The notes under the pieces were generated by a model, which saw nothing but the letters and a program-made list of their open reading frames with translations, was not told where the DNA came from and ran no database searches. A DNA stretch of 64,000 nt, from positions 34,521 through 98,520 of the forward strand of contig JBBANT010000001.1 of NCBI GenBank assembly GCA_040401815.1, written 5' to 3'. Position numbers and translations under genes: made by a program. This document shows, in pieces, positions 38,144 to 47,355 of the stretch. The DNA comes from Ilumatobacteraceae bacterium (GTDB taxonomy: Bacteria; Actinomycetota; Acidimicrobiia; Acidimicrobiales; Ilumatobacteraceae). The first letter of the stretch is position 1; each line of letters starts with the position of its first letter.

Positions 38144-38765
38144 TCACCACGAGCACAGGCATCAAACGCTTGGCGATGGTGCTGCCTGCGGTATCGAGCA
38201 AGTTGAGTGGTGCGACTTCTTGCGTTTGTTCAATCTTGCGCACGCTTGGCGTAGCGGATGGCGCACTCGGCGCTGCAGACGCAGCAGTCGGTGCTGCAGC
38301 TGGTGCTGACTCGACAGGTTGCGAGGCAATCAGCGTGTTTAAGTTGTCGACAAATTGCAACAGCAACTTGTCGCTCACATCAGCCAACGCACCGCGACCA
38401 AATTGCGCGACTTTGCCCGAAATGTTGAGTTGGGTGTCGACCGTGCACTTGGCGCTTGACGCCGTCACGGGTTCGAGCCGCGCGGTGATGGTTGCCGACG
38501 CGTTGCCTTTGCCACCCGTGTCGCGACCTTCGGCTTTGAGCGAGGCGAGAAAATTGGCGTCATCACGCGACACGAACGATGCCTGGCCTTTGAATTGGGC
38601 CAAGATTGGTCCCACTTTGATTTTGACTTGACCGCGATAAATGTCGCCTTCAATCTCGGTGAGTTGGGCACCCGGCAAGCACGGTGCGAGGCGCTCTAAG
38701 TCGGTGAGAATTTTCCACGCGTCGGCTGCTGGCACTGGCACGGTGAATTCGTGGTGGAGATCCAT
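38106..38765 (-). CDS. coxG: SRPBCC-fold CoxG family protein with an Ala/Pro linker and C-terminal membrane anchor
   Basis: MDLHHEFTVPVPAADAWKILTDLERLAPCLPGAQL...YRGQVKIKVGPI is the CoxG signature. The C-terminal span is LMPVLVVIAAVVAGIVIF. Confidence 0.85.
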   Translation of the reverse strand: MDLHHEFTVPVPAADAWKILTDLERLAPCLPGAQLTEIEGDIYRGQVKIKVGPILAQFKGQASFVSRDDANFLASLKAEGRDTGGKGNASATITARLEPVTASSAKCTVDTQLNISGKVAQFGRGALADVSDKLLLQFVDNLNTLIASQPVESAPAAAPTAASAAPSAPSATPSVRKIEQTQEVAPLNLLDTAGSTIAKRLMPVLVVIAAVVAGIVIFR

Positions 38766-39394
38766 TAGTGCTCACCTCGAGTCGCCAAGTGTTGTTGCCA
38801 CCGTGCCACATCGTCGGCGGTATCGATGTCGTCGGGGTTGCCTTCGCAGGCTACTTCTGTAACCAATTCGGGGCGAACTCGTATCAGCGTGCGGGCACCT
38901 TCGTCGCCATCGTGGGGAAGTTGATCCCACAGTTCGGCATGCAGACGCACGGGGTTGCGGCGCACACCGCCGTAGGTGGCAACTGCGATTGGGGCATCGG
39001 TGTCGGCAACTTGCCGCCATGCACTTGCAGGAATACCAGGTTGATCACCCAGGCCCACCACCACACCAGCCAGCCCGCGTTGTCGGGCCAAGGCGAGCCC
39101 ACACTGCAGCGACGATGCCATGCCGGCTTGCCAGCGAGCGTTGTGCACAACAATTACCTCGGGGTTACCAGGCAGTGGTGCTGCCAGCACCTCGTCGAGC
39201 GCCACCGCCCCGGTCACCACGATGATGGGCGACACCCCGCTTGTGGCCACGGCTTCGAGCACGTGGCGCACCACGGCCTTGCCAGCCACTGTGGTGAGCA
39301 GTTTGTGGGTGGTGCCGACAAAGCGACTACCACCGCCTGCAGCCAGCACCAGCGCCCCGCAGGACGCGCGAGAGGGCATTGGGACAGTCACCAT
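38765..39394 (-). CDS. mocA: MobA-like nucleotidyltransferase (molybdenum cofactor cytidylyltransferase MocA-like)
   Basis: ALVLAAGGGSRF...HKLL... and LGDQPGI motifs are present. There is a one-base TAATG overlap with coxG. Confidence 0.8.
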   Translation of the reverse strand: MVTVPMPSRASCGALVLAAGGGSRFVGTTHKLLTTVAGKAVVRHVLEAVATSGVSPIIVVTGAVALDEVLAAPLPGNPEVIVVHNARWQAGMASSLQCGLALARQRGLAGVVVGLGDQPGIPASAWRQVADTDAPIAVATYGGVRRNPVRLHAELWDQLPHDGDEGARTLIRVRPELVTEVACEGNPDDIDTADDVARWQQHLATRGEH

Positions 39395-39554
39395 GAGGCA
39401 CTGGACACATCAGGCATGAAATCAGCCTCGCACAACGGGTTGCGGGCAATTCACAAAGCCACGAATTATTACAATCTCGTTACGGCCGGGGTAGGGTGAA
39501 GGCACCCCATCCCCCCAACCAGTGGCGCACCCCCTGCGCCATTCGGAGGTCTCG

Positions 39555-40319
39555 ATGTCACCCAAAACCATTGCTCGCTGCGCTTTACCGTTGGCGACCC
39601 ACAAAAAGCGAACAGGCGCTCGCTCTCTTGGTGAATCGCGTGTTCGATCACGCGTTGAATCGCGTGTTCGCGCATGGCGCAGGGCGGGGGTGCGACTCGC
39701 ACTCAGCACGTGTGTGGTGGCTCTAGCCCTGCTCAGTGTGCCCGCCCCACAGCCGGTGTTGGCCGTGCCAATTTCAGATCGCGCTTCGGCGTGGATTGCG
39801 ACCAACTCGCGCGAAATTGCGTTAGAGCTGCGTCGCAGCCACAGCGTGCCAGAGGTCGAACAATCTGCAGTCGCTGGTCGACAAATCCACGAGGTGGCGA
39901 GTTTGGTGGCGTACCTGCTCGAGGCTGACGCCGAACAGTTGCGCAGTGTGTGGGCGTCAGCGCCACTCACCCGCAAGATTGCATTGTTCAGTGCGCTCAG
40001 CCAAGTGGGTGTTCCGTATCGCACCAACGCTGATGCGCCGTTCATCGCCCTTGATTGTTCAGCACTCACCAAGTTTGCGTGGGCCCAAGCCGGAGTCCCC
40101 ATTGAACGCGGCTCGCAGTATCAATACGCGCGCGCCGAACGTGTGGTGCGCGACGACGCACAAGTGGGTGATTTGGTGTGGTACCCGGGGCACATCATGT
40201 TGTCACTTGGTGTGCCACACCTGATCGTGCACGCGCGCTCGGGGCAACGTTCGGTAGAAATTCATCGCATCGATTCCACCCGTTTGTCGTGGATGCAGTG
40301 GGTCAGCCCGCTTCAGTGA
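39555..40319 (+). CDS. NlpC/P60 (C40) family cell-wall peptidase
   Basis: LDCSALTKFAWAQAGVPIERGSQYQY contains the catalytic Cys, and GDLVWYPGHIMLSLG contains the His. A signal-like span reads ALSTCVVALALLSVPAPQPVLA. The ATG at 39555 has a GGAGG 5 nt upstream. Confidence 0.88.
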   Translation: MSPKTIARCALPLATHKKRTGARSLGESRVRSRVESRVRAWRRAGVRLALSTCVVALALLSVPAPQPVLAVPISDRASAWIATNSREIALELRRSHSVPEVEQSAVAGRQIHEVASLVAYLLEADAEQLRSVWASAPLTRKIALFSALSQVGVPYRTNADAPFIALDCSALTKFAWAQAGVPIERGSQYQYARAERVVRDDAQVGDLVWYPGHIMLSLGVPHLIVHARSGQRSVEIHRIDSTRLSWMQWVSPLQ

Positions 40320-41119
40320 ATTGCGCCGGTGGTCGCTGACAGCGACTGCGCGGCACGCCCGGTGCGGCGGGCAATGATTTCGCCACAAATCGATATTGCG
40401 GTTTCTTCGGGCGTGCGTGCGCCGATGTCTAACCCGATCGGCGACATCACCCGAACCAAGTCGTTTGCCTGCAAGCCAATTTCGGCGAGGCGTTCGAGGC
40501 GTTTGGCGTGCGTCTTGCGGCTGCCCATCACGCCGATGTATCCCACATTGGTGGCAAGTGCCCCCTGAATTGCGGGCACGTCGAACTTTGGGTCGTGGGT
40601 GAGGATGCACACGGCATCGCGCGCGCCGAGTTGGGCACCGTATCGGGCAAACACTTCATCGGGCCACGCCACCATGATGTCGTCGGCCATCGGAAACCGT
40701 CGGGCAGTGGCAAACACCGTGCGGGCATCACACACCGACACGCGGTAGCCCAACAACTTTGCTGCACGCGCCAACGCACTGGTGAAATCCACCGCACCAA
40801 AAATCACCATGTGTGGTGGTGGAGCAAACGATTCGATAAACACCCGCACAGTGGGTGAATCGGCAAGATCTTCGGGTGTGGTTTGGCCACGCGGGCCATA
40901 GTGGCGAGTACTGGTGCGCCCGGCTTCGAGTTCGCCGAGTGTGTCGCGGGCAGCCACCCGCGTGAGTTCATCATCACCCAAGTTGCCGAGCACCGGCTGG
41001 TTGGGCGACACCACCATGGTGGCACCAGCGTGCGGGCCATCGATGACCACCACCAAGGCAGTGGGGGTGTGGGCACGCAGTCGTTGGGCCAATTCGGCGT
41101 AGAGCGAGGTGTTCACCAT
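40313..41119 (-). CDS. xdhC: XdhC/CoxI family molybdoenzyme maturation factor (full length: N-domain + Rossmann domain)
   Basis: LYAELAQRL...ALVVVIDGPHAGATMVV, then MVIFGAVDFTSALARAAKLLGYRVSVCDAR, then ...GVMGSRKT. The ATG is at 41119. Confidence 0.85.
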   Translation of the reverse strand: MVNTSLYAELAQRLRAHTPTALVVVIDGPHAGATMVVSPNQPVLGNLGDDELTRVAARDTLGELEAGRTSTRHYGPRGQTTPEDLADSPTVRVFIESFAPPPHMVIFGAVDFTSALARAAKLLGYRVSVCDARTVFATARRFPMADDIMVAWPDEVFARYGAQLGARDAVCILTHDPKFDVPAIQGALATNVGYIGVMGSRKTHAKRLERLAEIGLQANDLVRVMSPIGLDIGARTPEETAISICGEIIARRTGRAAQSLSATTGAIH

Positions 41120-41445
41120 GTGAGCTCTTGCAAAAACAAATGAATCGTGCCGCCGCAAGTCAACCCCACGGCGAAGGCTTCATCATCGGAATAACCGAAC
41201 GTCACCACCTTTGCCGCCGATCGCTCGCGCAACATTTCGAGCGCTTCGGCCACCACGGCACCTTCGACACAACCACCACTCACCGAGCCGACGACTTCGC
41301 CATCTTCGTTCACCGCCATGGCTGCGCCAGGGTCGCGTGGGCCCGAGCCATCGATGCCCACTACGCGGCCAATTACACAGCGCTTGTTGGCCTCACGCCA
41401 GCGATCGATGTCGTTGAGCAAGTCACGCATAGGCGCGCCGTTCAT
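41113..41445 (-). CDS. Stand-alone XdhC/CoxI N-terminal-domain protein (110 aa)
   Basis: CVIGRVVGIDGSGPRDPGAAMAV...GSVSGGCVEGAV...GLTCGGTIHLFL is the XdhC_CoxI N-domain only. Confidence 0.8.
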   Translation of the reverse strand: MNGAPMRDLLNDIDRWREANKRCVIGRVVGIDGSGPRDPGAAMAVNEDGEVVGSVSGGCVEGAVVAEALEMLRERSAAKVVTFGYSDDEAFAVGLTCGGTIHLFLQELTW

Positions 41446-42544
41446 CGTGAATAACTTCGGCCAGTTGTTCTAGTGCTTCGAGCGAATGGCCTTCGACAAA
41501 AGCATCAACGTGGGGCAGTGCTGCCGCCATGCCGCGGGCGAGTGGTGCGTAACCCGGGGTGACTTTCAGCGGGTTCACCCACACGATGCGGTGGGCCACA
41601 CGGCCCAGGCGCTGCATTTGTTCGGCGAGCACATCGGGGTTGCCGCGATCCCATCCGTCAGACAGCACCACCACGATTGCGCCACGGGCCAGGCCGCGCA
41701 CACCCCAGCGGTCGTTGAACGCCCGCATACATTCGCCGATGCGGGTGCCACCGCTCCAGTCGGCAACTTGTTGCGATGCACGACTCAGTGCTTTGTCGGG
41801 GTCACGATGCGAAAGCTCGCGCGTAACGCGCGTGAGGCGAGTGCCGAGCGTAAACGCTTCCACCCGCTGGCGGCCCACCATTGCGGCATGCATGAACCGC
41901 AAGAATGCACGGGCGTAAGGCTCCATCGAACCCGATACGTCGAGCAACACCACGAGCCGTCGCAAACGCTCGCTGGGCTCGCGCCAGTGGCGACGCACTG
42001 GTTCGCCCAAATGGGCAAATGACGTGCGCACGGTGCGACGCACGTCGACGTTGCCGTGCCGGGCCCGCGATGGTCGTTGGCGCAACGAACGACGCGGCGA
42101 CCCAACGAACCGCAGACGCCGCATCAGGCGTTGTGCTTCGGCCAATTCGCTGTCGGTGTAATCGGCAAAATCTTTTTGGCTCAGTGTTTCGACTGCCGAG
42201 AAACGCAAAGTGATGGTGTCGTCAGACTGCTCGGCCGCGCCGTCGTCGCCATCTTGTTCGTCTTGTTCGTCGACGGCCAAGGTGACTGTTTCTGGGGTGA
42301 TTTCTTCGTGGTTGGTGTCGCTTGACAGTTGCTCCCAAAACACGGCGAATGCCACATTGAAAGCCTCACGATCTTCGGGGCGGCGCACGAGCGTGGAGCG
42401 CCCGGCCCAATACACGCGATTGCGGTCGGTGATGCCGACGGCATCAAGACACTGCACGAAGGTAACGATCGAATCCAGCGGTACTGGCAGCCCAGCGCCA
42501 CGCAGCACGCGCCCGAAGGCAACGGCCATGCGTTCGGCGGTCAC
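41423..42544 (-). CDS. coxE: VWA-domain protein CoxE
   Basis: LVVLLDVSGSMEPY is the MIDAS motif. The position immediately after the MoxR-type ATPase is typical. Confidence 0.88.
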   Translation of the reverse strand: MTAERMAVAFGRVLRGAGLPVPLDSIVTFVQCLDAVGITDRNRVYWAGRSTLVRRPEDREAFNVAFAVFWEQLSSDTNHEEITPETVTLAVDEQDEQDGDDGAAEQSDDTITLRFSAVETLSQKDFADYTDSELAEAQRLMRRLRFVGSPRRSLRQRPSRARHGNVDVRRTVRTSFAHLGEPVRRHWREPSERLRRLVVLLDVSGSMEPYARAFLRFMHAAMVGRQRVEAFTLGTRLTRVTRELSHRDPDKALSRASQQVADWSGGTRIGECMRAFNDRWGVRGLARGAIVVVLSDGWDRGNPDVLAEQMQRLGRVAHRIVWVNPLKVTPGYAPLARGMAAALPHVDAFVEGHSLEALEQLAEVIHDERRAYA

Positions 42545-43479
42545 GCTTGCAACGCACCACGTTCGAAAGCGTGCTTCACCAAATCTGCGATGCCGTGTTC
42601 GGTGACGCGCTCGTGGTCTTCGCGATACTTGAGCACCGTGCCCAGCGTGGTGCGCACCACCGCTTCGTCAAGTTGGGTTACGCCAAGCGTGCCGAGGGCC
42701 GTTGCCCAGTCGATAGTTTCGGCAACACCCGGTGGTTTGTATAACTGCAGCGAACGCAAACGCTCGACGGCGGCGGCAACTTGGCGCGCCAAACGTTCGT
42801 GCACGTGCGGCACACGCAGGCGAACGATTTCGACTTCACGTTCAAACCCTGGGTGCTCGACCCAGTGATACAAACAGCGGCGCTTCAACGCATCGTGCAC
42901 GTCGCGTGTGCGGTTGGATGTGAGCACGACGACGGGTATCTCGGTGGCGCGAAACGTGCCCACTTCGGGAACCGTGATTTGAAAATCAGACAACACCTCC
43001 AGCAAGAAGGCTTCGAACTCGTCGTCGGCACGATCAATTTCGTCGATGAGCAACACGGGTGCTGCACCAGTGCTCGGCTCGATTGCCCGTAGCAACGCAC
43101 GACGTATAAGAAAGCGTTCGTTGTACAACTCGTTCTCGAGGCTCTCGGTGGCTTTGCTTGCTGCTTCGCCGCTGGCTTCGGCGGCTCGCAAGTGCAGCAA
43201 TTGACGCGAATAGTCCCAGTCATAGACCGCCTGGCTGGCGTCGATGCCTTCGTAGCACTGCAGACGTATGAGTTCGCTGCCGCGCAACGTGGCAAGCACC
43301 TTGGCCAATTCGGTCTTGCCGACACCGGCTTCGCCCTCTAACAACAACGGCCGCTTGAGCGACAACGCCAAAAACACTGCTGTGGCCAAGCCCTCGTCGG
43401 CCAAGTATCCAGCCGACTGCAATGCGTCGCGCACATGGCTCACCGATGCAAGCGATGCACGCGAAGTCGCCACAGCCAC
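42541..43479 (-). CDS. coxD: MoxR-type AAA+ ATPase CoxD
   Basis: Walker A LLEGEAGVGKTELAKVLA and Walker B VLLIDEIDRA are present. Confidence 0.9.
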   Translation of the reverse strand: MAVATSRASLASVSHVRDALQSAGYLADEGLATAVFLALSLKRPLLLEGEAGVGKTELAKVLATLRGSELIRLQCYEGIDASQAVYDWDYSRQLLHLRAAEASGEAASKATESLENELYNERFLIRRALLRAIEPSTGAAPVLLIDEIDRADDEFEAFLLEVLSDFQITVPEVGTFRATEIPVVVLTSNRTRDVHDALKRRCLYHWVEHPGFEREVEIVRLRVPHVHERLARQVAAAVERLRSLQLYKPPGVAETIDWATALGTLGVTQLDEAVVRTTLGTVLKYREDHERVTEHGIADLVKHAFERGALQA

Positions 43480-43511
43480 AGCCTACGAAGGGTTGCGGTA
43501 GGTCGCAGTAA

Positions 43512-44336
43512 TTACTTCGACGCTTGTTCGAGCGCACGACGCACCAGCACCTTGGCCAGATGCGTGCGATATTCCACGCTGGCGTTGAGGTCGGCCTGTG
43601 GTTCGGCGTCGTCAGCAGCGTGTGCAGCAGCATCTGCCACCGACGCACCTTTGGCCAACGCACTGCTCACAGCGCCTGCGAGCACGGGTGTTGAACCCAT
43701 GTTCACTAACGCCACACCGCTGGCACTGTTGCTGCGCCATGCAGCAACACCAACGATGGCCCAATCTTGGGCTCGACGATTGAACTTCTGAAAGCTCCAA
43801 CCGGCACCGTTCATCTTGGGAACTTTGATTTCGACCAGCATCTCGTCGGCAGCAAGTGCACTTTCCAAGAAACCCTTGTAAAAGTTTTTGGCGGCAATCT
43901 CGCGCTTGCCGTTGGGGCCTTGCACCACGTAGGTGGCACCAAGCGCCAAGGTGGTGGCAGTCAAATCGCTGGCGGCGTCGGCGTGGGCGATCGAGCCACC
44001 GATGGTGCCGCGATGTCGCACTTGTGCATCACCCACATAACCAGCGGCATGGGCCAACAGCGGCACGTGTTGGCGCAACACTGGCGACTTCTCTACATCC
44101 ATGTGGCGGGTGAGTGCACCAATGGCGATGTGATCACCGGCATCTTTGATGTATGACAAGTCTTTAACGCGACCGATATCCACCAACATCGTGGGCTGCG
44201 CCAGGCGCAACTTCATGAGTGGAATCAAACTGTGCCCGCCGGCCAGAAACTTTGCTTCATCGCCATATTGGCTGATGAGGCTGATGGCCTCGTCGGCTGA
44301 ACCTGCCCGTTTATATTCGAATGCGGTCGGAATCAC
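43512..44336 (-). CDS. coxM: Molybdoenzyme medium (FAD-binding) subunit, CoxM-like
   Basis: [17 protein letters not shown]...[15 protein letters not shown]...RHRGTIGGS motifs are present. Confidence 0.92.
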   Translation of the reverse strand: MIPTAFEYKRAGSADEAISLISQYGDEAKFLAGGHSLIPLMKLRLAQPTMLVDIGRVKDLSYIKDAGDHIAIGALTRHMDVEKSPVLRQHVPLLAHAAGYVGDAQVRHRGTIGGSIAHADAASDLTATTLALGATYVVQGPNGKREIAAKNFYKGFLESALAADEMLVEIKVPKMNGAGWSFQKFNRRAQDWAIVGVAAWRSNSASGVALVNMGSTPVLAGAVSSALAKGASVADAAAHAADDAEPQADLNASVEYRTHLAKVLVRRALEQASK

Positions 44337-44803
44337 TTAGTTGCGTCTTGTTTGTTGGCTGCTGCGAGTACGGACTTGACGATGTTGGTGTATCCGGTGC
44401 AACGACACAGATTGCCCTCTAGTCCGAGGCGAACTTCTTCGTCGGTGGGTTTTGGGTTTTCGTTCAACAAACCGATGGCGGCCATCACCATGCCAGGTGT
44501 GCAGTAACCGCACTGCAGGCCGTGGTTTTCCATGAATGCTTTTTGCATCGGGTGCATTTCACCGTTTGTGGCAAGACCTTCGATGGTGGTCACAGCACCA
44601 CCATCGGCTTGGGCTGCCAGAATCGTGCAACTTTTGACTGCTTCGCCGTCGAGGTGCACGGTGCAGGCACCGCAACTCGATGTGTCGCAACCAATATTGG
44701 TGCCGGTCAACTTGGCCTGTTCACGGATGTAGTGCACGAGCAGCGTGCGCGGCTCGACATCGTGTGACTGTTGTGAACCGTTGACGGTGATCGAAACTTT
44801 CAT
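44333..44803 (-). CDS. coxS: Molybdoenzyme small [2Fe-2S] subunit, CoxS-like
   Basis: [12 protein letters not shown] and QCGYCTPGM...CRCTGY cluster motifs are present. The ATG at 44803 (MKVSITVNG) is preferred. Confidence 0.94.
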   Translation of the reverse strand: MKVSITVNGSQQSHDVEPRTLLVHYIREQAKLTGTNIGCDTSSCGACTVHLDGEAVKSCTILAAQADGGAVTTIEGLATNGEMHPMQKAFMENHGLQCGYCTPGMVMAAIGLLNENPKPTDEEVRLGLEGNLCRCTGYTNIVKSVLAAANKQDATK

Positions 44804-44828
44804 GAAGAAACCTGATGGTAGTACACGA

Positions 44829-45608
44829 CTAATTGCTGAGTTTTTGCAGGTTGCGCAGGGCAAAACCCAGGCACAACACGCTCATGACCACCACGGCCAC
44901 GAGCCCGCCCCAGATGGCATTCCACGACAAATAGTCGGCACTCGACTCGTTGACCAGGCCCACGCGGGCGAGCCGCAAGATGTTGGTGGCCGGGTTGATG
45001 CGGGCCACGGTGTGCAGCCAGCCGCTCATCACTTCGAGCGGCACCTGAGCAGACGACAAGAACATCACGAGAAAAATCGACAACTGCATGATTGCTGCAC
45101 CACGCATGTCTTTGAACTTGAACGCCAAGCCGAGGCCCCAGCCCGCACCCATCGTGGCGATGCCGAGTGCGCTGATGTACAAACACAACACGCCGAGCAG
45201 CCCACCAGTGAAGCGCGCACCGAGGGCCATGCCAATCACTATGACCAGCGTGGTCATGAGGAGCACACGAATGAGGGTGCCAGTCAGTGGCCCGAGGATG
45301 AGCGACAAGCGAGATGTCGGCGACATGCGCAAGCGATCGTAAAAACCAGTTTCGATATCGCGAATTGTGGTGAAGCCCAAGCCGACGCCACCGAAGGCCG
45401 CGCCCATCATGATGCCGAGCGGCATGTACCAATTGATCGAGCGATCGGTGGGGAAGTTGGGTATTTGCGTTATGGCAAAGAACGTTCCGGCAAACACCAC
45501 CATGTTGAAAATGGGCATCGCCAGCGCCGGAAAGAATGCCGACGGCAAACGGCGGATGGTGCGCACACTGCGAGTGGCGAGTATGCCGACGCTGCGGGTG
45601 GTGGTCAT
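44829..45608 (-). CDS. ABC-2 type transporter permease
   Basis: Six hydrophobic spans in an ABC-2 family layout. It overlaps the upstream permease gene by 4 nt. Confidence 0.85.
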   Translation of the reverse strand: MTTTRSVGILATRSVRTIRRLPSAFFPALAMPIFNMVVFAGTFFAITQIPNFPTDRSINWYMPLGIMMGAAFGGVGLGFTTIRDIETGFYDRLRMSPTSRLSLILGPLTGTLIRVLLMTTLVIVIGMALGARFTGGLLGVLCLYISALGIATMGAGWGLGLAFKFKDMRGAAIMQLSIFLVMFLSSAQVPLEVMSGWLHTVARINPATNILRLARVGLVNESSADYLSWNAIWGGLVAVVVMSVLCLGFALRNLQKLSN

Positions 45609-46393
45609 CGTGCTGCCAAGCGTACGGAGAGTTGACGTAGTGCCAGCAACGTAGTGAGCACCGCAATGCCCGAGGGGATCAGCAGTGTTTGGGTTATTGC
45701 TGTGAGCGAGACGCCGTCAATTGAAAGCGATCGCTGGCCTTCGACCATGTATGAAATTGGGTTGAAGTCGGCGATACGTCGGTACGCGCCGCTCATGGTT
45801 TCGCGCGGAAAGAACGCACTCGACAAAAACAACAGAATGAAAAGAATCGGAAACGTTCCTTGCACTGCTTCTGCTGAACCAGTTTTCAGCGCAACCACTG
45901 ACATGAGCGCGCCGACGCCAAACGCGGTGAGAAACCCAGCCAGCACGATCGACGCATAACCGAGCACCCCAGCCTGCACGGTGACACCGAATGGCAGGAG
46001 GGCCAGCAAGAAAATGAGCGCTTGCAAGCCACCGAACACCGAGCTACCGGCCAAGCGGCCAAACAAAATAGAAGTGCGCGATGTTGGCGCGGCAAGTAAG
46101 CGGTCAAAAAAGCCGTCTTGAATGTCGGTGGCCAGTGCTGCGGCGCCAGTGACCGAGCCAAACAACACGCCTTGGGTCACGGTGCCTGCCAGCGTGAACT
46201 GCAGATACGAATCCACTTGGGGAAACCCGGGCAGGCTGATGGCGCGACTGAACGCCGACGACCCCAACGCAGCAAAAAACAGCGGGAAGATGAGCGACGG
46301 CGCGATGATTGCTGGTTGTCGAAATATTGCCAATGTTGAGCGGCGCGACAACGCAGCGAACTGTCGCGCGGTGTCAGCCGGCTTGTGGCGCAT
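45605..46393 (-). CDS. ABC-2 type transporter permease
   Basis: A polytopic membrane protein. The ATG at 46393 (MRHKPADTARQF) is preferred, because the N-terminal part of the ORF-track frame overlaps the ATPase gene. Confidence 0.85.
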   Translation of the reverse strand: MRHKPADTARQFAALSRRSTLAIFRQPAIIAPSLIFPLFFAALGSSAFSRAISLPGFPQVDSYLQFTLAGTVTQGVLFGSVTGAAALATDIQDGFFDRLLAAPTSRTSILFGRLAGSSVFGGLQALIFLLALLPFGVTVQAGVLGYASIVLAGFLTAFGVGALMSVVALKTGSAEAVQGTFPILFILLFLSSAFFPRETMSGAYRRIADFNPISYMVEGQRSLSIDGVSLTAITQTLLIPSGIAVLTTLLALRQLSVRLAAR

Positions 46394-47345
46394 TATCGGC
46401 CCCTTCGAGGCGGTAACCCGTCGCATCAGCGAACACGTCGTCGAGGCTGGGCTGGTTGAGTTCGAGATGTTCGACCACGAGTTTGGCCTCGTCAAGGGCG
46501 CGCACCACTTCGGCGACACGCTCGGCGCCACCTTTGAGCCCGACACCCAGCGTGCCTTCGGCCGTCGGCCGCATGTCGCCAAATGCCGAGAGCACCAACT
46601 TGGCTTGATCCATTTGTTGTCGCGACACGTTGATGAGCAATGTCGGGTCGCCCACACTGCGCTTCAAATCGCTGGGCTTGCCTTCGCGCACGATGTGGCC
46701 GTGGTCGATGATCGCGATGCGATCAGCAAGTTGGTCGGCTTCTTCTAGGTACTGCGTGGTGAGCATCACGGTGGTGCCTTCACTGTTGAGGCGACGCACT
46801 TCTTCCCACAGCGTCAGACGGCTCATCGGGTCGAGCCCCGTCGTTGGCTCATCCAAAAACAGCACGGCAGGTTGATGAATAAGCGACAACGCAAGATCGA
46901 GCCGGCGACGCATGCCACCTGAATAGGTCGACACGCGGCGATCTGCGGCAGCAGTCAGGCCAACACGCTCAAGCAGTTCGTTGGCGCGCTGCTTCATTTT
47001 GTTGGCGGCGATGCCGTAGAGCACGGCCTGCAACTCGAGCAATTCGTATCCCGACATGAGCGGGTCAATTGCTGCGTCTTGCAGTGCCACCCCGATGTTG
47101 CGTCGCACCTGGTCGGCTTGTTTGACCACATCAAAACCGGCAACTCGGGCAGTGCCGCTAGTGGGTCGCAACAATGTGGTGAGAATGCGCACCACTGTGC
47201 TCTTGCCGGCACCGTTGGGGCCGAGGAACCCAAAGATTTCACCCTGGTTCACCGTGAGGTTGATGCCATCAACGGCCTTGACCTCGCCGAAATGACGAGA
47301 CAGGTTTTCAGCGACGATTGGTGCGGTATTCGATGTGTTGTTCAC
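46374..47345 (-). CDS. ABC transporter ATP-binding protein (DrrA-like)
   Basis: Walker A GPNGAGKST, signature YSGGMRRRL and Walker B VLFLDEPTTGLD, then TTQYLEEADQLADRIAIIDHG. The GTG at 47345 lies 10 nt after the coxL stop. The ORF-track N-terminal extension overlaps coxL and is rejected. Confidence 0.9.
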   Translation of the reverse strand: MNNTSNTAPIVAENLSRHFGEVKAVDGINLTVNQGEIFGFLGPNGAGKSTVVRILTTLLRPTSGTARVAGFDVVKQADQVRRNIGVALQDAAIDPLMSGYELLELQAVLYGIAANKMKQRANELLERVGLTAAADRRVSTYSGGMRRRLDLALSLIHQPAVLFLDEPTTGLDPMSRLTLWEEVRRLNSEGTTVMLTTQYLEEADQLADRIAIIDHGHIVREGKPSDLKRSVGDPTLLINVSRQQMDQAKLVLSAFGDMRPTAEGTLGVGLKGGAERVAEVVRALDEAKLVVEHLELNQPSLDDVFADATGYRLEGADNAPQAG

Positions 47346-47355
47346 TGCGACAGTC

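Noticed and set aside
39606-39665. A direct repeat GAATCGCGTGTTCG (two copies, 24 nt apart) and a CGCGTG...CACGCG hairpin inside the NlpC/P60 N-terminal coding region (ESRVRSRVESRVRA). A similar case is the 15-nt GKPAAG-coding repeats in the L25 tail (about 57970-58020).
   Set aside because: These are in-frame coding repeats within low-complexity protein segments. There is no evidence of a separate element.
40313-41445. Considered that the two XdhC ORFs are one frameshifted pseudogene.
   Set aside because: The downstream ORF has its own complete N-terminal XdhC_CoxI domain and an ATG placed at the upstream stop, so two genes is the simpler reading.
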